From: Sulfurospirillaceae bacterium
GTDB taxonomy: Bacteria; Campylobacterota; Campylobacteria; Campylobacterales; Sulfurospirillaceae
Length of the DNA: 64,000 bases
NCBI GenBank assembly: GCA_033723415.1
Contig: JAWVXD010000008.1
Coordinates: forward strand, 32,188-96,187
Direction: 5' to 3'
The notes under the pieces were generated by a model. That model was not told the origin of the DNA. It worked only from the letters and a program-made list of their open reading frames with translations, and ran no database searches. Position 1 is the first letter of the stretch. Each line of letters opens with the position of its first letter. Shown here in pieces: positions 9,586-18,797 of the stretch. Made by a program: the position numbers and the translations under genes.

Positions 9586-10880
9586 TGTTTTTTACCAAAG
9601 AACTTGTAAAAAAAGTTATCTACCATCTTCAGTGGAGCTCTATTTATGGCTAGACTTCCTTTTTTGATATTCTGAGTAACAGTGGTTCCTGCTGCGATCA
9701 TGACATCATCCTCGATTTCTACAGGAGCTACAAGCTGCGTATCGCTCCCGATAAAAACATTTTTACCTATGATTGTTTGATACTTGGCTTTACCATCATA
9801 ATTACATGTGATAGTGCCACATCCTATATTTGTTCCTTGATCTATGGTACTATCTCCTAGATAGCTTAGATGACCCGCCTTTACACCGTTTAGTGTAGAT
9901 TTCTTTATCTCCACGAAGTTGCCTATATGTGTATTCGTAATTTGTGATAAAGGTCTTATTCGAGCCATAGGTCCTATACTTGAGTTATCAACTGTAGAAT
10001 CCTCAACAACACTGTTAGTTTTTATTATGGAGCTTATTATCTTGGTATTGCCTAAAAGACTTACTCCATTCTCTATAATACTTTCTCCTGAAATTTCCAC
10101 ACCGGCTTCTATATAGACAGTGGAGGGAAGTCTCATGATAACTCCGGCTTCCATAAATCGTTTTTTGATTCTTTGTTGCATGAATTCTTCTGCGATTGAC
10201 AAATGATATTTTGAATTTACACCCATAAAGATATCTTCATCTACATCTATAGCTTTTACAGGAATATTCTGTTCATTTGCAATCTTGACAAGATCAGTTA
10301 TATAGTATTCTTTTTGTTTGTTGTTATTTGTAAGTTTGGGCAAATTGTTTTTTAAAAAAGACGTATCAAATAGATAAACTCCGGCATTTGAATCTTTGAC
10401 CTTCTTCTCATCATCATTCGCATCTTTTTCTTCTACTATTTTTTGTACCGTATTGTTAACGTCTTTTATAACTCTTCCGTATCCGCTTGCATCTTTGGCA
10501 TGAAAACTGCTCATAACGATATCAGCATCTTCTTCTAAGAATAAAAGCATATCTTTTGCTTCAAGAAGAGGCATATCACCATTAAGTACCAATACCTTTT
10601 TGTTCTTTGGTTTCAGTCCCATGATTGCTCCCCCTGTTCCCGGGTAGTTGTCATGATCTTGTATGATATAATTTATATTATTAAAATATTGATTCATCTT
10701 TTCTTGTATGGCTTTTGATTGATGAAATAGTATTACAGATATGTCATCTGATACTTTTTTTGCTTCTTTTATGATGTGATATAATATCTCAAAACCACTA
10801 ATCTTGTGCAAAACTTTTGGTGTTTCTGATTTCATTCTAGTTCCAAAACCAGCGGCCATTATTGCTATAGAGATTTGCAT
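9582..10880 (-). CDS. glmU: Bifunctional UDP-GlcNAc pyrophosphorylase/glucosamine-1-phosphate acetyltransferase
   Basis: MAAGFGTRMKSETPKVLH, GYGRVI, EYYITD, hexapeptide repeats, HLSYLGD; start set at ATG 10880 behind an AGGAG SD. Confidence 0.97.
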   Translation of the reverse strand: MQISIAIMAAGFGTRMKSETPKVLHKISGFEILYHIIKEAKKVSDDISVILFHQSKAIQEKMNQYFNNINYIIQDHDNYPGTGGAIMGLKPKNKKVLVLNGDMPLLEAKDMLLFLEEDADIVMSSFHAKDASGYGRVIKDVNNTVQKIVEEKDANDDEKKVKDSNAGVYLFDTSFLKNNLPKLTNNNKQKEYYITDLVKIANEQNIPVKAIDVDEDIFMGVNSKYHLSIAEEFMQQRIKKRFMEAGVIMRLPSTVYIEAGVEISGESIIENGVSLLGNTKIISSIIKTNSVVEDSTVDNSSIGPMARIRPLSQITNTHIGNFVEIKKSTLNGVKAGHLSYLGDSTIDQGTNIGCGTITCNYDGKAKYQTIIGKNVFIGSDTQLVAPVEIEDDVMIAAGTTVTQNIKKGSLAINRAPLKMVDNFFYKFFGKKQ

Positions 10881-11032
10881 AAATCCCAACTCCTAAAAAT
10901 TTGATGTAGAATATATGATATTTTAACAGAACTTTGTTTTAAATGGGCTAAAGATAGAGCTAAAAAAAGATTTAATCATCTTTTAACACAAATAAACTTA
11001 AAATATGAAAATCAAATAAAAGGCTATTATTT

Positions 11033-11194
11033 ATGGATTTAGGAAGGGCACAATTTTACCCAATAGATTCAAATGTAACAAAAGAGGGCATAGCAAAGAA
11101 CAGAAAAGTTAAGCCAAGTTTTTTTATGATTATTGACACAGAGAATAGTATCGCACAAAAAAGTATACTTGATATAAAGAAACAACAAGGATAG
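11033..11194 (+). pseudogene. 53-codon ORF; probable motA'-'motB in-frame deletion remnant
   Basis: MDLGRAQFYPIDSNVTKEGIAKNRKVKPSFFMIIDTENSIAQKSILDIKKQQG*; MDLG resembles a MotA/PomA start and PIDSNVTKEGIAKNRKV resembles the OmpA/MotB C-terminal motif; AAAAGG SD upstream; ends 2 nt before fliP. Confidence 0.65.
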
Positions 11195-11196
11195 TA

Positions 11197-11931
11197 GTGA
11201 AGAAAAGTATATTTTTTATTTTTTTATTTTTTACGGTAGCTCTTTTCGGAGCTGACACCATACCTACGGTAAATCTCTCTCTTAGTGCACCAAATACGCC
11301 AGAGCAATTAGTAAGCAGTTTAAATCTATTAGTATTATTGACTATACTTGTTTTAGCACCTTCAATCCTCTTTGTCATGACGAGCTTTTTGAGACTTATT
11401 ATCGTATTTTCATTTTTGAGACAAGCATTAGGTACTCAACAAATGCCACCAAGTAATATCTTGGTTTCTTTGGCTCTTGTACTGACTTTTTTTATAATGC
11501 AGCCAGTTGCAACAAAATCTTACAATGATGCGGTAAAGCCGTATCTTGCCAAACAAATAGGATATCAGGTGGCATTTGAGCGGGCTGCTAAACCTTTTAA
11601 GGCCTTCATGATCAGAAATACCAGAGAAAAAGATCTTGCACTTTTCTTTAGGATCAGAAAACTAGAAAATCCAAAAAATATAGAAGATGTTCCTCTTATT
11701 GTTGCAGTTCCTGCATTTATGATAAGTGAATTAAAAACTGCATTTGAGATCGGTTTTTTACTTTACCTGCCATTTTTGGTTATTGATATGGTTGTGAGTT
11801 CTATCTTGATGAGTATGGGTATGATGATGTTACCGCCTGTTATGATATCTTTGCCGTTTAAGTTGCTGATCTTCGTGCTGGTAGATGGTTGGAATCTGCT
11901 GATTGGCAGTCTAATAAAAAGTTTTCATTAG
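11197..11931 (+). CDS. fliP: Flagellar type III export protein FliP
   Basis: MTSFLRLIIVFSFLRQALGTQQMPP, PAFMISELKTAFEIGF, MGMMMLPP, LPFKLLIFVLVDGW. Confidence 0.98.
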   Translation: MKKSIFFIFLFFTVALFGADTIPTVNLSLSAPNTPEQLVSSLNLLVLLTILVLAPSILFVMTSFLRLIIVFSFLRQALGTQQMPPSNILVSLALVLTFFIMQPVATKSYNDAVKPYLAKQIGYQVAFERAAKPFKAFMIRNTREKDLALFFRIRKLENPKNIEDVPLIVAVPAFMISELKTAFEIGFLLYLPFLVIDMVVSSILMSMGMMMLPPVMISLPFKLLIFVLVDGWNLLIGSLIKSFH

Positions 11932-12671
11932 TTTTTCATTTTCTTCTCTAAGTTTCTTGACCACAATGATATAGGATAAGTTAAGATTAAATATCCGATC
12001 GCCAGTGGAATATAACTTTCCAAGGTTGAAAAAGTATAAGAATTTACCTCTTGGGCATTCATCGTAAACTCATTTACCGAAATTATAGATAGTAAAGATG
12101 AATCTTTGATGATTGATGCAAACTGCCCTGTGAGTGGAGGTATAATCCTTTTGTAGGCTTGTGGAAAGATGATATATCTATAGGTTTGAAAAACAGTAAA
12201 TCCAAGAGACAATGAGGTTTCGTATTGTTCTTTGGATATGCTAAATATACCGGCTCTTATTATCTCACTGACATATGCTCCGGAAAAAAGTGCCAATATG
12301 ACGATTCCGACGATATATCTGTTATCTAAACCTAAATTTGTTGCAACTATGTAAAAAAAGATAAGAATTTGAACTAAAAGGGGAGTACCTCTGATAATCT
12401 CAATATAAAATCTTGAAAAAAATCTAAGTAAAATAAATTTTGAATTTTGTCCATATGCAAAAAATAAACCGATAAAAAAACTAAGGATCAGAGCAAAAAA
12501 TGATATATATATTGTTGTTGAAAAACCGTTTATAAATTTCTGTCTGTATTGATACACGCTATCCCAATGAAAATCATATGATGTGGTTGTGAACATAAAA
12601 TAAAAAAATAAAACAATTATCAGGGAAAGGAGTATCAGATTAAAGAGATAAACCTTCTTATCTATCTTCAA
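11928..12671 (-). CDS. Polar amino acid ABC transporter permease
   Basis: YIEIIRGTPLLVQ, AYVSEIIRAGI, EAA-type loop, IIKDSSL. Confidence 0.93.
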   Translation of the reverse strand: MKIDKKVYLFNLILLSLIIVLFFYFMFTTTSYDFHWDSVYQYRQKFINGFSTTIYISFFALILSFFIGLFFAYGQNSKFILLRFFSRFYIEIIRGTPLLVQILIFFYIVATNLGLDNRYIVGIVILALFSGAYVSEIIRAGIFSISKEQYETSLSLGFTVFQTYRYIIFPQAYKRIIPPLTGQFASIIKDSSLLSIISVNEFTMNAQEVNSYTFSTLESYIPLAIGYLILTYPISLWSRNLEKKMKN

Positions 12672-12728
12672 CTCTTCTTGATAATTGTTTTTTTGTATAA
12701 AAAAGTCTATTAATTTTATGATATTATC

Positions 12729-13520
12729 CTAAAAGAAAAATGGAATACCAAGCTCATCAAATCTCTCTTTAGTACTTTTTAAATATTTGTTAGCCAATTT
12801 GTTGAATGTGCCGTCTGATTTTGCTTGTTTTATAAAAGCGTTTATTTCAGCTTTAAGCTTAGGTTGGCCTTTTCTCAGTGCTATTCCCCAATGCTCTGGA
12901 TGATTTGAAATAGGAGTTAATAAAGCAACAGTTGTTTTCTTGTGTTTTTCCCAGCTTTTATAAACTGTTAATTGTCCGTAAATAAAAGCATCAGCTCTTT
13001 TTTGTATGACTTCAAGCACGGCAGAGCTAACTTGATCTAAAATTAAAAGTTTTGCTTTTTTCAGGTGTTTAGTGGCATAAACATCAGCTGTAGTACCCTT
13101 CTTTACTGCAATTACCATGCCTTCTTTATTTAAATCTTTGATACTTTTAACACCGGAATTTGGGTACGTTAAAATACATAAGTTTGCATCAGCATACGGA
13201 ATCGAAAAATCGATAACTTTTCCTCGCTCTTTCGTAATTGTCATAGAAGAAATGATAATATCTATTTTTTTAGTTTTTAGAGATGGGATGAGCCCATTCC
13301 AGGCTATATTTTCTATTTTTACGGGTCTTCCTAGATACTTACCTAGCGCATAAGCCAAATCAACACTTACTCCACTTGGTTTACCGTCTTTTGTGCTCAT
13401 TTCAAATGGAGGATATGCTAACTCCATACCTACTTTCAATGGTTTCACATCTTTTGCATTTATTGATAATGCGCCAAAAAGTGCGATTAAAAGCACCAAA
13501 ATAAAACTTTTTTTCAACAT
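12729..13520 (-). CDS. Polar amino acid ABC transporter substrate-binding protein (SBP family 3)
   Basis: Signal peptide, LKVGMELAYPPFE, WNGLIPSL, MTITKER, VIDFSIPY. Confidence 0.93.
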   Translation of the reverse strand: MLKKSFILVLLIALFGALSINAKDVKPLKVGMELAYPPFEMSTKDGKPSGVSVDLAYALGKYLGRPVKIENIAWNGLIPSLKTKKIDIIISSMTITKERGKVIDFSIPYADANLCILTYPNSGVKSIKDLNKEGMVIAVKKGTTADVYATKHLKKAKLLILDQVSSAVLEVIQKRADAFIYGQLTVYKSWEKHKKTTVALLTPISNHPEHWGIALRKGQPKLKAEINAFIKQAKSDGTFNKLANKYLKSTKERFDELGIPFFF

Positions 13521-13635
13521 AACCTCTCCATTTTTAGCTAGATTCTATAAGAATTTTGCATTATGACAAAGAGTATATTAGAGTTTTATTAATCCAATCC
13601 TTTGTCATGATGCAAAAATATTGTCAGATTTGTTA

Positions 13636-13851
13636 TTAATCAGCGTGTCTGCCGTCACAAAAAGGCAGTCTGGAGCTTTTTTGACAGCTGCACAATTGAT
13701 AACTTTTGCTTTTTTCTACTTGAAATTTTTTTGGCGTAAATTTACTACCTTTATGATTCCCGTTGCAAAAGACTCCTTTTTCTCCTCTTTTACAAGTACA
13801 AAAGAAGTAATCTTTGTCAGCTTCTAGTTCTATCCTTACCGGTCCTATCAT
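13636..13851 (-). CDS. CDGSH iron-sulfur domain protein (two CDGSH-type motifs)
   Basis: CTCKRGEKGVFCNGNH and CSCQKSSRLPFCDGRH; AAGGA SD upstream. Confidence 0.88.
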   Translation of the reverse strand: MIGPVRIELEADKDYFFCTCKRGEKGVFCNGNHKGSKFTPKKFQVEKSKSYQLCSCQKSSRLPFCDGRHAD

Positions 13852-13973
13852 TGTTTATTCCTTTAAAATGTTTATTATAAGTTTACATACGAAGATGCTT
13901 TTGATGCTAATCATAACATTATTAAGAGAAAATTGTAAATTTTTATAAATACAGTAAGTATGTATATAAGATA

Positions 13974-14059
13974 TGGTACCTGAGGCCGGACTCGAACCGG
14001 CACGAGCAAAGCTCACAAGATTTTGAGTCTAGCGCGTCTACCAGTTTCACCACTCAGGC
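13974..14059 (-). tRNA. tRNA-Leu (anticodon CAA)
   Basis: Reverse complement GCCTGAGTGGTGAAACTGGTAGACGCGCTAGACTCAAAATCTTGTGAGCTTTGCTCGTGCCGGTTCGAGTCCGGCCTCAGGTACCA: cloverleaf, long variable arm, GTTCGA T-loop, encoded CCA. Confidence 0.96.
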
Positions 14060-14083
14060 ACCTAAAAGAGAATGGAATATTAC

Positions 14084-14129
14084 AAAAAAAAAGCTTAAAG
14101 AGTGATTATCTCACATCTTTAAGCTTTTT
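14084..14129 (-). terminator. Intrinsic terminator after hup
   Basis: AAAAAGCTTAAAGA...TCTTTAAGCTTTTT inverted repeat with a U-tract on the minus strand. Confidence 0.7.
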
Positions 14130-14141
14130 AATTTTGAATAA

Positions 14142-14420
14142 TTAAGATTTTGCTACAGAATCTTTTAATTTTTTACCGACTTTGAATTTTACCGCAGTTG
14201 TCGCTGCAACGTCTACAACTCTATCCGTTCCTGGAACTCTTGCTTTTCTAGCAGCTCTTTTAGCTGTACTAAATGTTCCAAAACCAATAAAACTAACATT
14301 TTTACCGGCAACTAGTGCATCTTCTATAGCTTCGATAGCTGCATCAAGAACTTTCTGAGTATCTTTTTTTGATAGTTCAGCTTTCTCTGAAACTGCTTGT
14401 ACAAATTCTGCTTTTTTCAT
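14142..14420 (-). CDS. hup: DNA-binding protein HU
   Basis: MKKAEFVQAVSEKAELSKKD, VSFIGFGTF, RAARKARVPGT, KFKVGKKLKD. Confidence 0.96.
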   Translation of the reverse strand: MKKAEFVQAVSEKAELSKKDTQKVLDAAIEAIEDALVAGKNVSFIGFGTFSTAKRAARKARVPGTDRVVDVAATTAVKFKVGKKLKDSVAKS

Positions 14421-14499
14421 TCTGCAATCCTTTAGAAATAATGTATTTTAGGCATTGTACAATTTTTTTTTAAAAAAAACAATAATTTTTTTAAAAAAT

Positions 14500-14526
14500 T
14501 AAATAAATTATGTAAAAAACCGATAT
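14500..14526 (+). promoter_or_regulatory. Putative sigma28 (FliA) promoter for flgL
   Basis: TAAA-N15-ACCGATAT. Confidence 0.55.
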
Positions 14527-14535
14527 TTTAGTCAT

Positions 14536-14553
14536 AAGGAACCATTTTTGCTT
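14536..14553 (+). promoter_or_regulatory. Putative sigma54 (RpoN) promoter for flgL
   Basis: AAGGAACCATTTTTGCTT; GG-N10-GC spacing, Campylobacter-type GGAAC...TTGCTT. Confidence 0.65.
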
Positions 14554-14584
14554 ATCTAAATCTGACAATTCATTAGGAGAATTT

Positions 14585-16579
14585 ATGAGAATTACTAATT
14601 CACTTTTTTATTTGAATACCTTGACAAACTACCAAAGTAATATGAAAAGTTTATATGATGCGAATAGCCAAATATCATCCGGTACAAAGATTCAAAACAG
14701 TTATCAAGATAGTGGTGTATACTCAGAAACTATGAGATTAAATAGCGAATTAACTACTTTAAAGCAAGTGCAAGATAATAGTTCAGCTGCTCAGACATTT
14801 GCTAACAATACAGATTCTGCTATGAATCAGATGAATGACATGCTTACACAATTTAAAACTAAATTAATTCAGGCTGCAAATGGTTCAAACTCGACAACTA
14901 GTTTAACAGCCATTGCAAATGATTTACAATCTTTAAGAGATAGTTTCGCATCGGTTGCCAACACTTCTATAAATGGTCAATTTATTTTTTCTGGGTCCGC
15001 AGTTAGTGTAAAACCTATAAATAATGATGGAACCTATAATGGAAATGACAATAGTCTTACATCTGTTATAGGTTCAAACGTAAAGTTGCCCTATAATATA
15101 GACGGTCAATCTCTTTTTTTAGGAAAGGATAGTGATTATTCAAAAAGTGTATCTACAAATGTTGTCATGTATAATCAAACAACACTGGCCAATAACGGTG
15201 GCAAAGTCAACTTAAAATCAAGCGATACAATTCAAGATATGGTTGGTGGAAATGCAACTACTAATGGAAAACCAGTATTCTATCTATCAGGAAGAAAGCC
15301 AAATGGAGATACGTTTAACACTAAAATTTCAATAAGCACCACTTCAAAAGTTTCTGATTTATTAGACAGTATAGGAGCAGCATATGGAAATACTGCTACG
15401 AATCAAGTTGTAAATGTAAGTTTAAATTCTTATGGGCAAATAGAAGTCAAAGGGGTGGCGAAAGGAAATTCTTTACTTCAAATGAATATTTTTGGAGCTA
15501 TAGATAGAACAGCAGCCGGTACTGTTGGTACAGCAGATCAAACTGATATAAACAATCTCTCAGCTCAGCCAAATGTTGATATCATTGGATTCTTAAAAAG
15601 TAACTTTATAAATTCCAGTACAACTTTAAGCGATGCCTCAAATTACTCTGTAAGAGGATTTGCAAAAGATGGGAATGTATTGTCTTCAAATGTATCTCAA
15701 TTTGTGAAATCTACAAGTGATTACGCAACGCCGGCTACTAAACTCTCAGAGGTGGCTGGATCATCAACTTTAGATGGAAAACAGTTTAATCTAACTGGAA
15801 AAGATACAAATGGTAATACTTTTAATGCAAAATTAAATCTTAGCAACAGTGCAAGTGGATCAACATTTACTGTAGGCGGCAATACTTACACTATCTTTGA
15901 TGCTAGCGGTAATCCTACTAAAGCTGACAATGTTACATACCAACAGCTAAATGATGTTGTTAGTATGATAACTTCAGGAACGATGCCTACTACAAATACG
16001 GTAACAGATTATAACAGTGCATTGACTTCAGCACAACAAAATGTGAGTGTTTCTCTTGATAATCAAGGTAAAATGCAAATTAAGGATAACAACAAGACTT
16101 CATCAAGTATTGAATTTACTATGTATGATTCAAATAATAGCACGTTTAATGGAACAAGTGCAGCTCCTGCTTTAACTTTTATGGCAAATGATGCAATAAC
16201 TACTGATGGACCGAATCTTGATATCTTTAAGCAATTAGACAATATGATACAAGCGGTAAAAGATGGTAATTTTAATATGGATTCTACTTCATCTGATCCA
16301 AGAAATATAGGAATACAAAATTCACTTCTACAGATTCAACATATAAGTGATCATGTAAACAAGATGCATACAAAAATTGGTTCCTATTCAAATGCACTGC
16401 AAAGGGCTAATGATAGAGCAAGTTTTCTAAGCCTAAATGTAACAAAAGTAAAAAGTAAAGTAGCAGATGTTGACATCGCCCAAGCATACTTGAACTTCTC
16501 GCAATTGAGTAATAGTTATCAGGCTATGCTTTCTACAATTGCAAAAATTAATTCTATGTCTCTATTAAAGTATATGTAA
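14585..16579 (+). CDS. flgL: Flagellar hook-associated protein 3 (FlgL)
   Basis: Flagellin-like N- and C-termini (MRITNS...QISSGTKIQNSYQD; YQAMLSTIAKINSMSLLKYM); adjacent to ftsK as in Campylobacter. Confidence 0.93.
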   Translation: MRITNSLFYLNTLTNYQSNMKSLYDANSQISSGTKIQNSYQDSGVYSETMRLNSELTTLKQVQDNSSAAQTFANNTDSAMNQMNDMLTQFKTKLIQAANGSNSTTSLTAIANDLQSLRDSFASVANTSINGQFIFSGSAVSVKPINNDGTYNGNDNSLTSVIGSNVKLPYNIDGQSLFLGKDSDYSKSVSTNVVMYNQTTLANNGGKVNLKSSDTIQDMVGGNATTNGKPVFYLSGRKPNGDTFNTKISISTTSKVSDLLDSIGAAYGNTATNQVVNVSLNSYGQIEVKGVAKGNSLLQMNIFGAIDRTAAGTVGTADQTDINNLSAQPNVDIIGFLKSNFINSSTTLSDASNYSVRGFAKDGNVLSSNVSQFVKSTSDYATPATKLSEVAGSSTLDGKQFNLTGKDTNGNTFNAKLNLSNSASGSTFTVGGNTYTIFDASGNPTKADNVTYQQLNDVVSMITSGTMPTTNTVTDYNSALTSAQQNVSVSLDNQGKMQIKDNNKTSSSIEFTMYDSNNSTFNGTSAAPALTFMANDAITTDGPNLDIFKQLDNMIQAVKDGNFNMDSTSSDPRNIGIQNSLLQIQHISDHVNKMHTKIGSYSNALQRANDRASFLSLNVTKVKSKVADVDIAQAYLNFSQLSNSYQAMLSTIAKINSMSLLKYM

Positions 16580-16632
16580 ATATAGCATTATTTGCTATAA
16601 TACATTTTCTAATAGATTGCAAAGGATACAGT

Positions 16633-18732
16633 ATTTTAAAAGAAACTATTTTTGTCGTTATTACATCATTTCTAATTTTTTTAGGACTTTCTACCATACT
16701 TGGTGATTCATCTATCGTTGGTTTATATGGCGCAACACTTGGAAAAATAAATCATAAAATGTTTGGCTATCTGTCATATGTTTATCCATTTATATTTATT
16801 ATTTTATCGTACTTCGTTTATAAAAATTCTACTTTTACCACAAGAAGGATAGAGATATATCTTGCCTATGTTCTTTTGTTCCTGTCTTCTTTGATGATTC
16901 AATCAGTAGTGATTCCAGGTAATGGCTATATAGGTTATTCTATTACAGAATCAATAATATCATATATAGGAATAGCTGGTGTTTGGATTAGTATAATCGC
17001 TATAGTAGCTTTGAGTGTTGCTATGTTGTTTGACGTTAGATTTGATGAATTGTTTTCATTCTTGAAAGAAAAAAGCGAGGGAAATATAGAAAAAAAAAGT
17101 GAATATTTTGAGATCGAAGAAGTTCCAAAGAAGAAAACTCAAGTAAAAAATTCAAAAAACAATATTGAAAACAGTAATCCAAATATTGTTGATGAAGAAA
17201 CAATACAAGAAGAAGAACAGCTAGATACAGAGATAAAAGAAGAAAAACCTCTGAGTAAAAAATCAGAAATATTAAATGAAGTAGAAGAAAATAAAAAACT
17301 TTTGGATCAAATTGAAAAAGGAAAGATAGATAAACCAGAAAATTACCAGCTGCCGCCTTTAAAATTTTTAGTTGATCCTCCCAAAAGAAATCATCATATA
17401 AATGAAAGTGAAATTGATCAAAAAATATCAAATCTACTTGATAAACTTAAAAGATTTAAGATTGACGGAGATGTTGTAAGGACTTATTCCGGCCCTGTTG
17501 TTACAACATTTGAATTTAAGCCGGCACCACATATAAAAGTATCTAAGATCTTGACATTGCAAGATGACTTGGCTATGGCATTAAAAGCTAAAACTATTCG
17601 TATACAAGCTCCGATCCCGGGCAAAGATGTAGTCGGTATTGAAGTACCGAATAAAAAAATCGAGACTATTTACTTAAAAGAGATACTAGAAAGCGATATT
17701 TTCAAAAACTCATCCTCTCCTTTAACTATGGCACTTGGAAAGGATATAGTCGGAAATCCATTTGTGACAGATCTAAAAAAACTTCCACATCTTTTGATCG
17801 CAGGAACTACAGGAAGCGGTAAAAGTGTAGGTATCAATGCTATGCTTTTGTCTTTGCTTTATAGAAATTCTCCAGATACGCTCAAACTTCTCATGATAGA
17901 TCCAAAAATGTTGGAGTTTTCAATTTACAATGATATCCCACATCTTTTAACACCAGTTATCACAAAGCCAAAGCATGCTATCGTAGCATTGTCAAATATG
18001 GTAAATGAGATGGAGCGAAGATATAAAGTTCTTACACAATCTAGAACAAAAAATATAGAAAACTATAATGAAAAAGTAAAAAAACACGGAGGAACACAAC
18101 TTCCTTATATCGTTGTAATCATTGATGAATTGGCAGATTTGATGATGACAAGCGGAAAAGAAGTAGAGTTTTATATCTCACGTCTCGCTCAAATGGCAAG
18201 AGCAAGTGGAATACATCTTTTAGTGGCTACTCAAAGACCTTCAGTAGATGTCGTGACTGGACTCATCAAAGCAAATCTTCCTTCTCGCATCAGTTTCAAA
18301 GTAGGACAAAAAATAGATAGTAAAGTTATTTTAGATGCAAGTGGTGCAGATTCACTTCTAGGAAGAGGGGATATGCTCTTCACGCCGCCTTCTACTTCTG
18401 GATTGATCAGACTTCATGCTCCATATGCAAGCGAAGAAGAGATTGAAAAAGTTGTAGAATATCTTAAAAAGCAAAGAAAAGTAGAATATGATGATAACTT
18501 TCTAAAAGAAGAAGAGAGCAATTTTGGAAGTAGCAGTATAGCAAATGAAGATATTGATGAATTATTTGAAGATGCAAAAAATATAGTTCTAAATGAGAAA
18601 AAATGCTCTATCAGTTATATTCAAAGAAGACTGCAGATAGGCTATAACAGAGCTGCTAGAATCGTTGAACAATTAGAAGCTACAGGCATACTATCATCCG
18701 TAAATTCAAAAGGACAAAGAGAAATTTTATAA
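16633..18732 (+). CDS. ftsK: DNA translocase FtsK (start probably ATT 16633; first ATG at 16759)
   Basis: PHLLIAGTTGSGKSV, IDPKMLE, IIDELADLMM, ATQRPSVDV, gamma domain IQRRLQIGYNRAARIVE. Confidence 0.95.
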   Translation: MLKETIFVVITSFLIFLGLSTILGDSSIVGLYGATLGKINHKMFGYLSYVYPFIFIILSYFVYKNSTFTTRRIEIYLAYVLLFLSSLMIQSVVIPGNGYIGYSITESIISYIGIAGVWISIIAIVALSVAMLFDVRFDELFSFLKEKSEGNIEKKSEYFEIEEVPKKKTQVKNSKNNIENSNPNIVDEETIQEEEQLDTEIKEEKPLSKKSEILNEVEENKKLLDQIEKGKIDKPENYQLPPLKFLVDPPKRNHHINESEIDQKISNLLDKLKRFKIDGDVVRTYSGPVVTTFEFKPAPHIKVSKILTLQDDLAMALKAKTIRIQAPIPGKDVVGIEVPNKKIETIYLKEILESDIFKNSSSPLTMALGKDIVGNPFVTDLKKLPHLLIAGTTGSGKSVGINAMLLSLLYRNSPDTLKLLMIDPKMLEFSIYNDIPHLLTPVITKPKHAIVALSNMVNEMERRYKVLTQSRTKNIENYNEKVKKHGGTQLPYIVVIIDELADLMMTSGKEVEFYISRLAQMARASGIHLLVATQRPSVDVVTGLIKANLPSRISFKVGQKIDSKVILDASGADSLLGRGDMLFTPPSTSGLIRLHAPYASEEEIEKVVEYLKKQRKVEYDDNFLKEEESNFGSSSIANEDIDELFEDAKNIVLNEKKCSISYIQRRLQIGYNRAARIVEQLEATGILSSVNSKGQREIL

Positions 18733-18797
18733 TTTTTAAATAACTTTGTGATACAATCCGTATGCTTATTAAATAAAGACTACAAGGAGAATTTAAT

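Noticed and set aside
14010..14035. U-U mismatch in the tRNA-Leu anticodon stem (CTAGA/TCTTG), suggesting a pseudo-tRNA
   Set aside because: Single mismatch with all other arms and the CCA intact; compatible with function
11928..14059. Possible genomic island integrated at tRNA-Leu
   Set aside because: No integrase and no duplicated tRNA 3' end (att site) seen downstream
14463..14498. T/A homopolymer runs as phase-variation tracts
   Set aside because: Expected in AT-rich promoters; I noticed no long poly-G/C contingency tracts in the window
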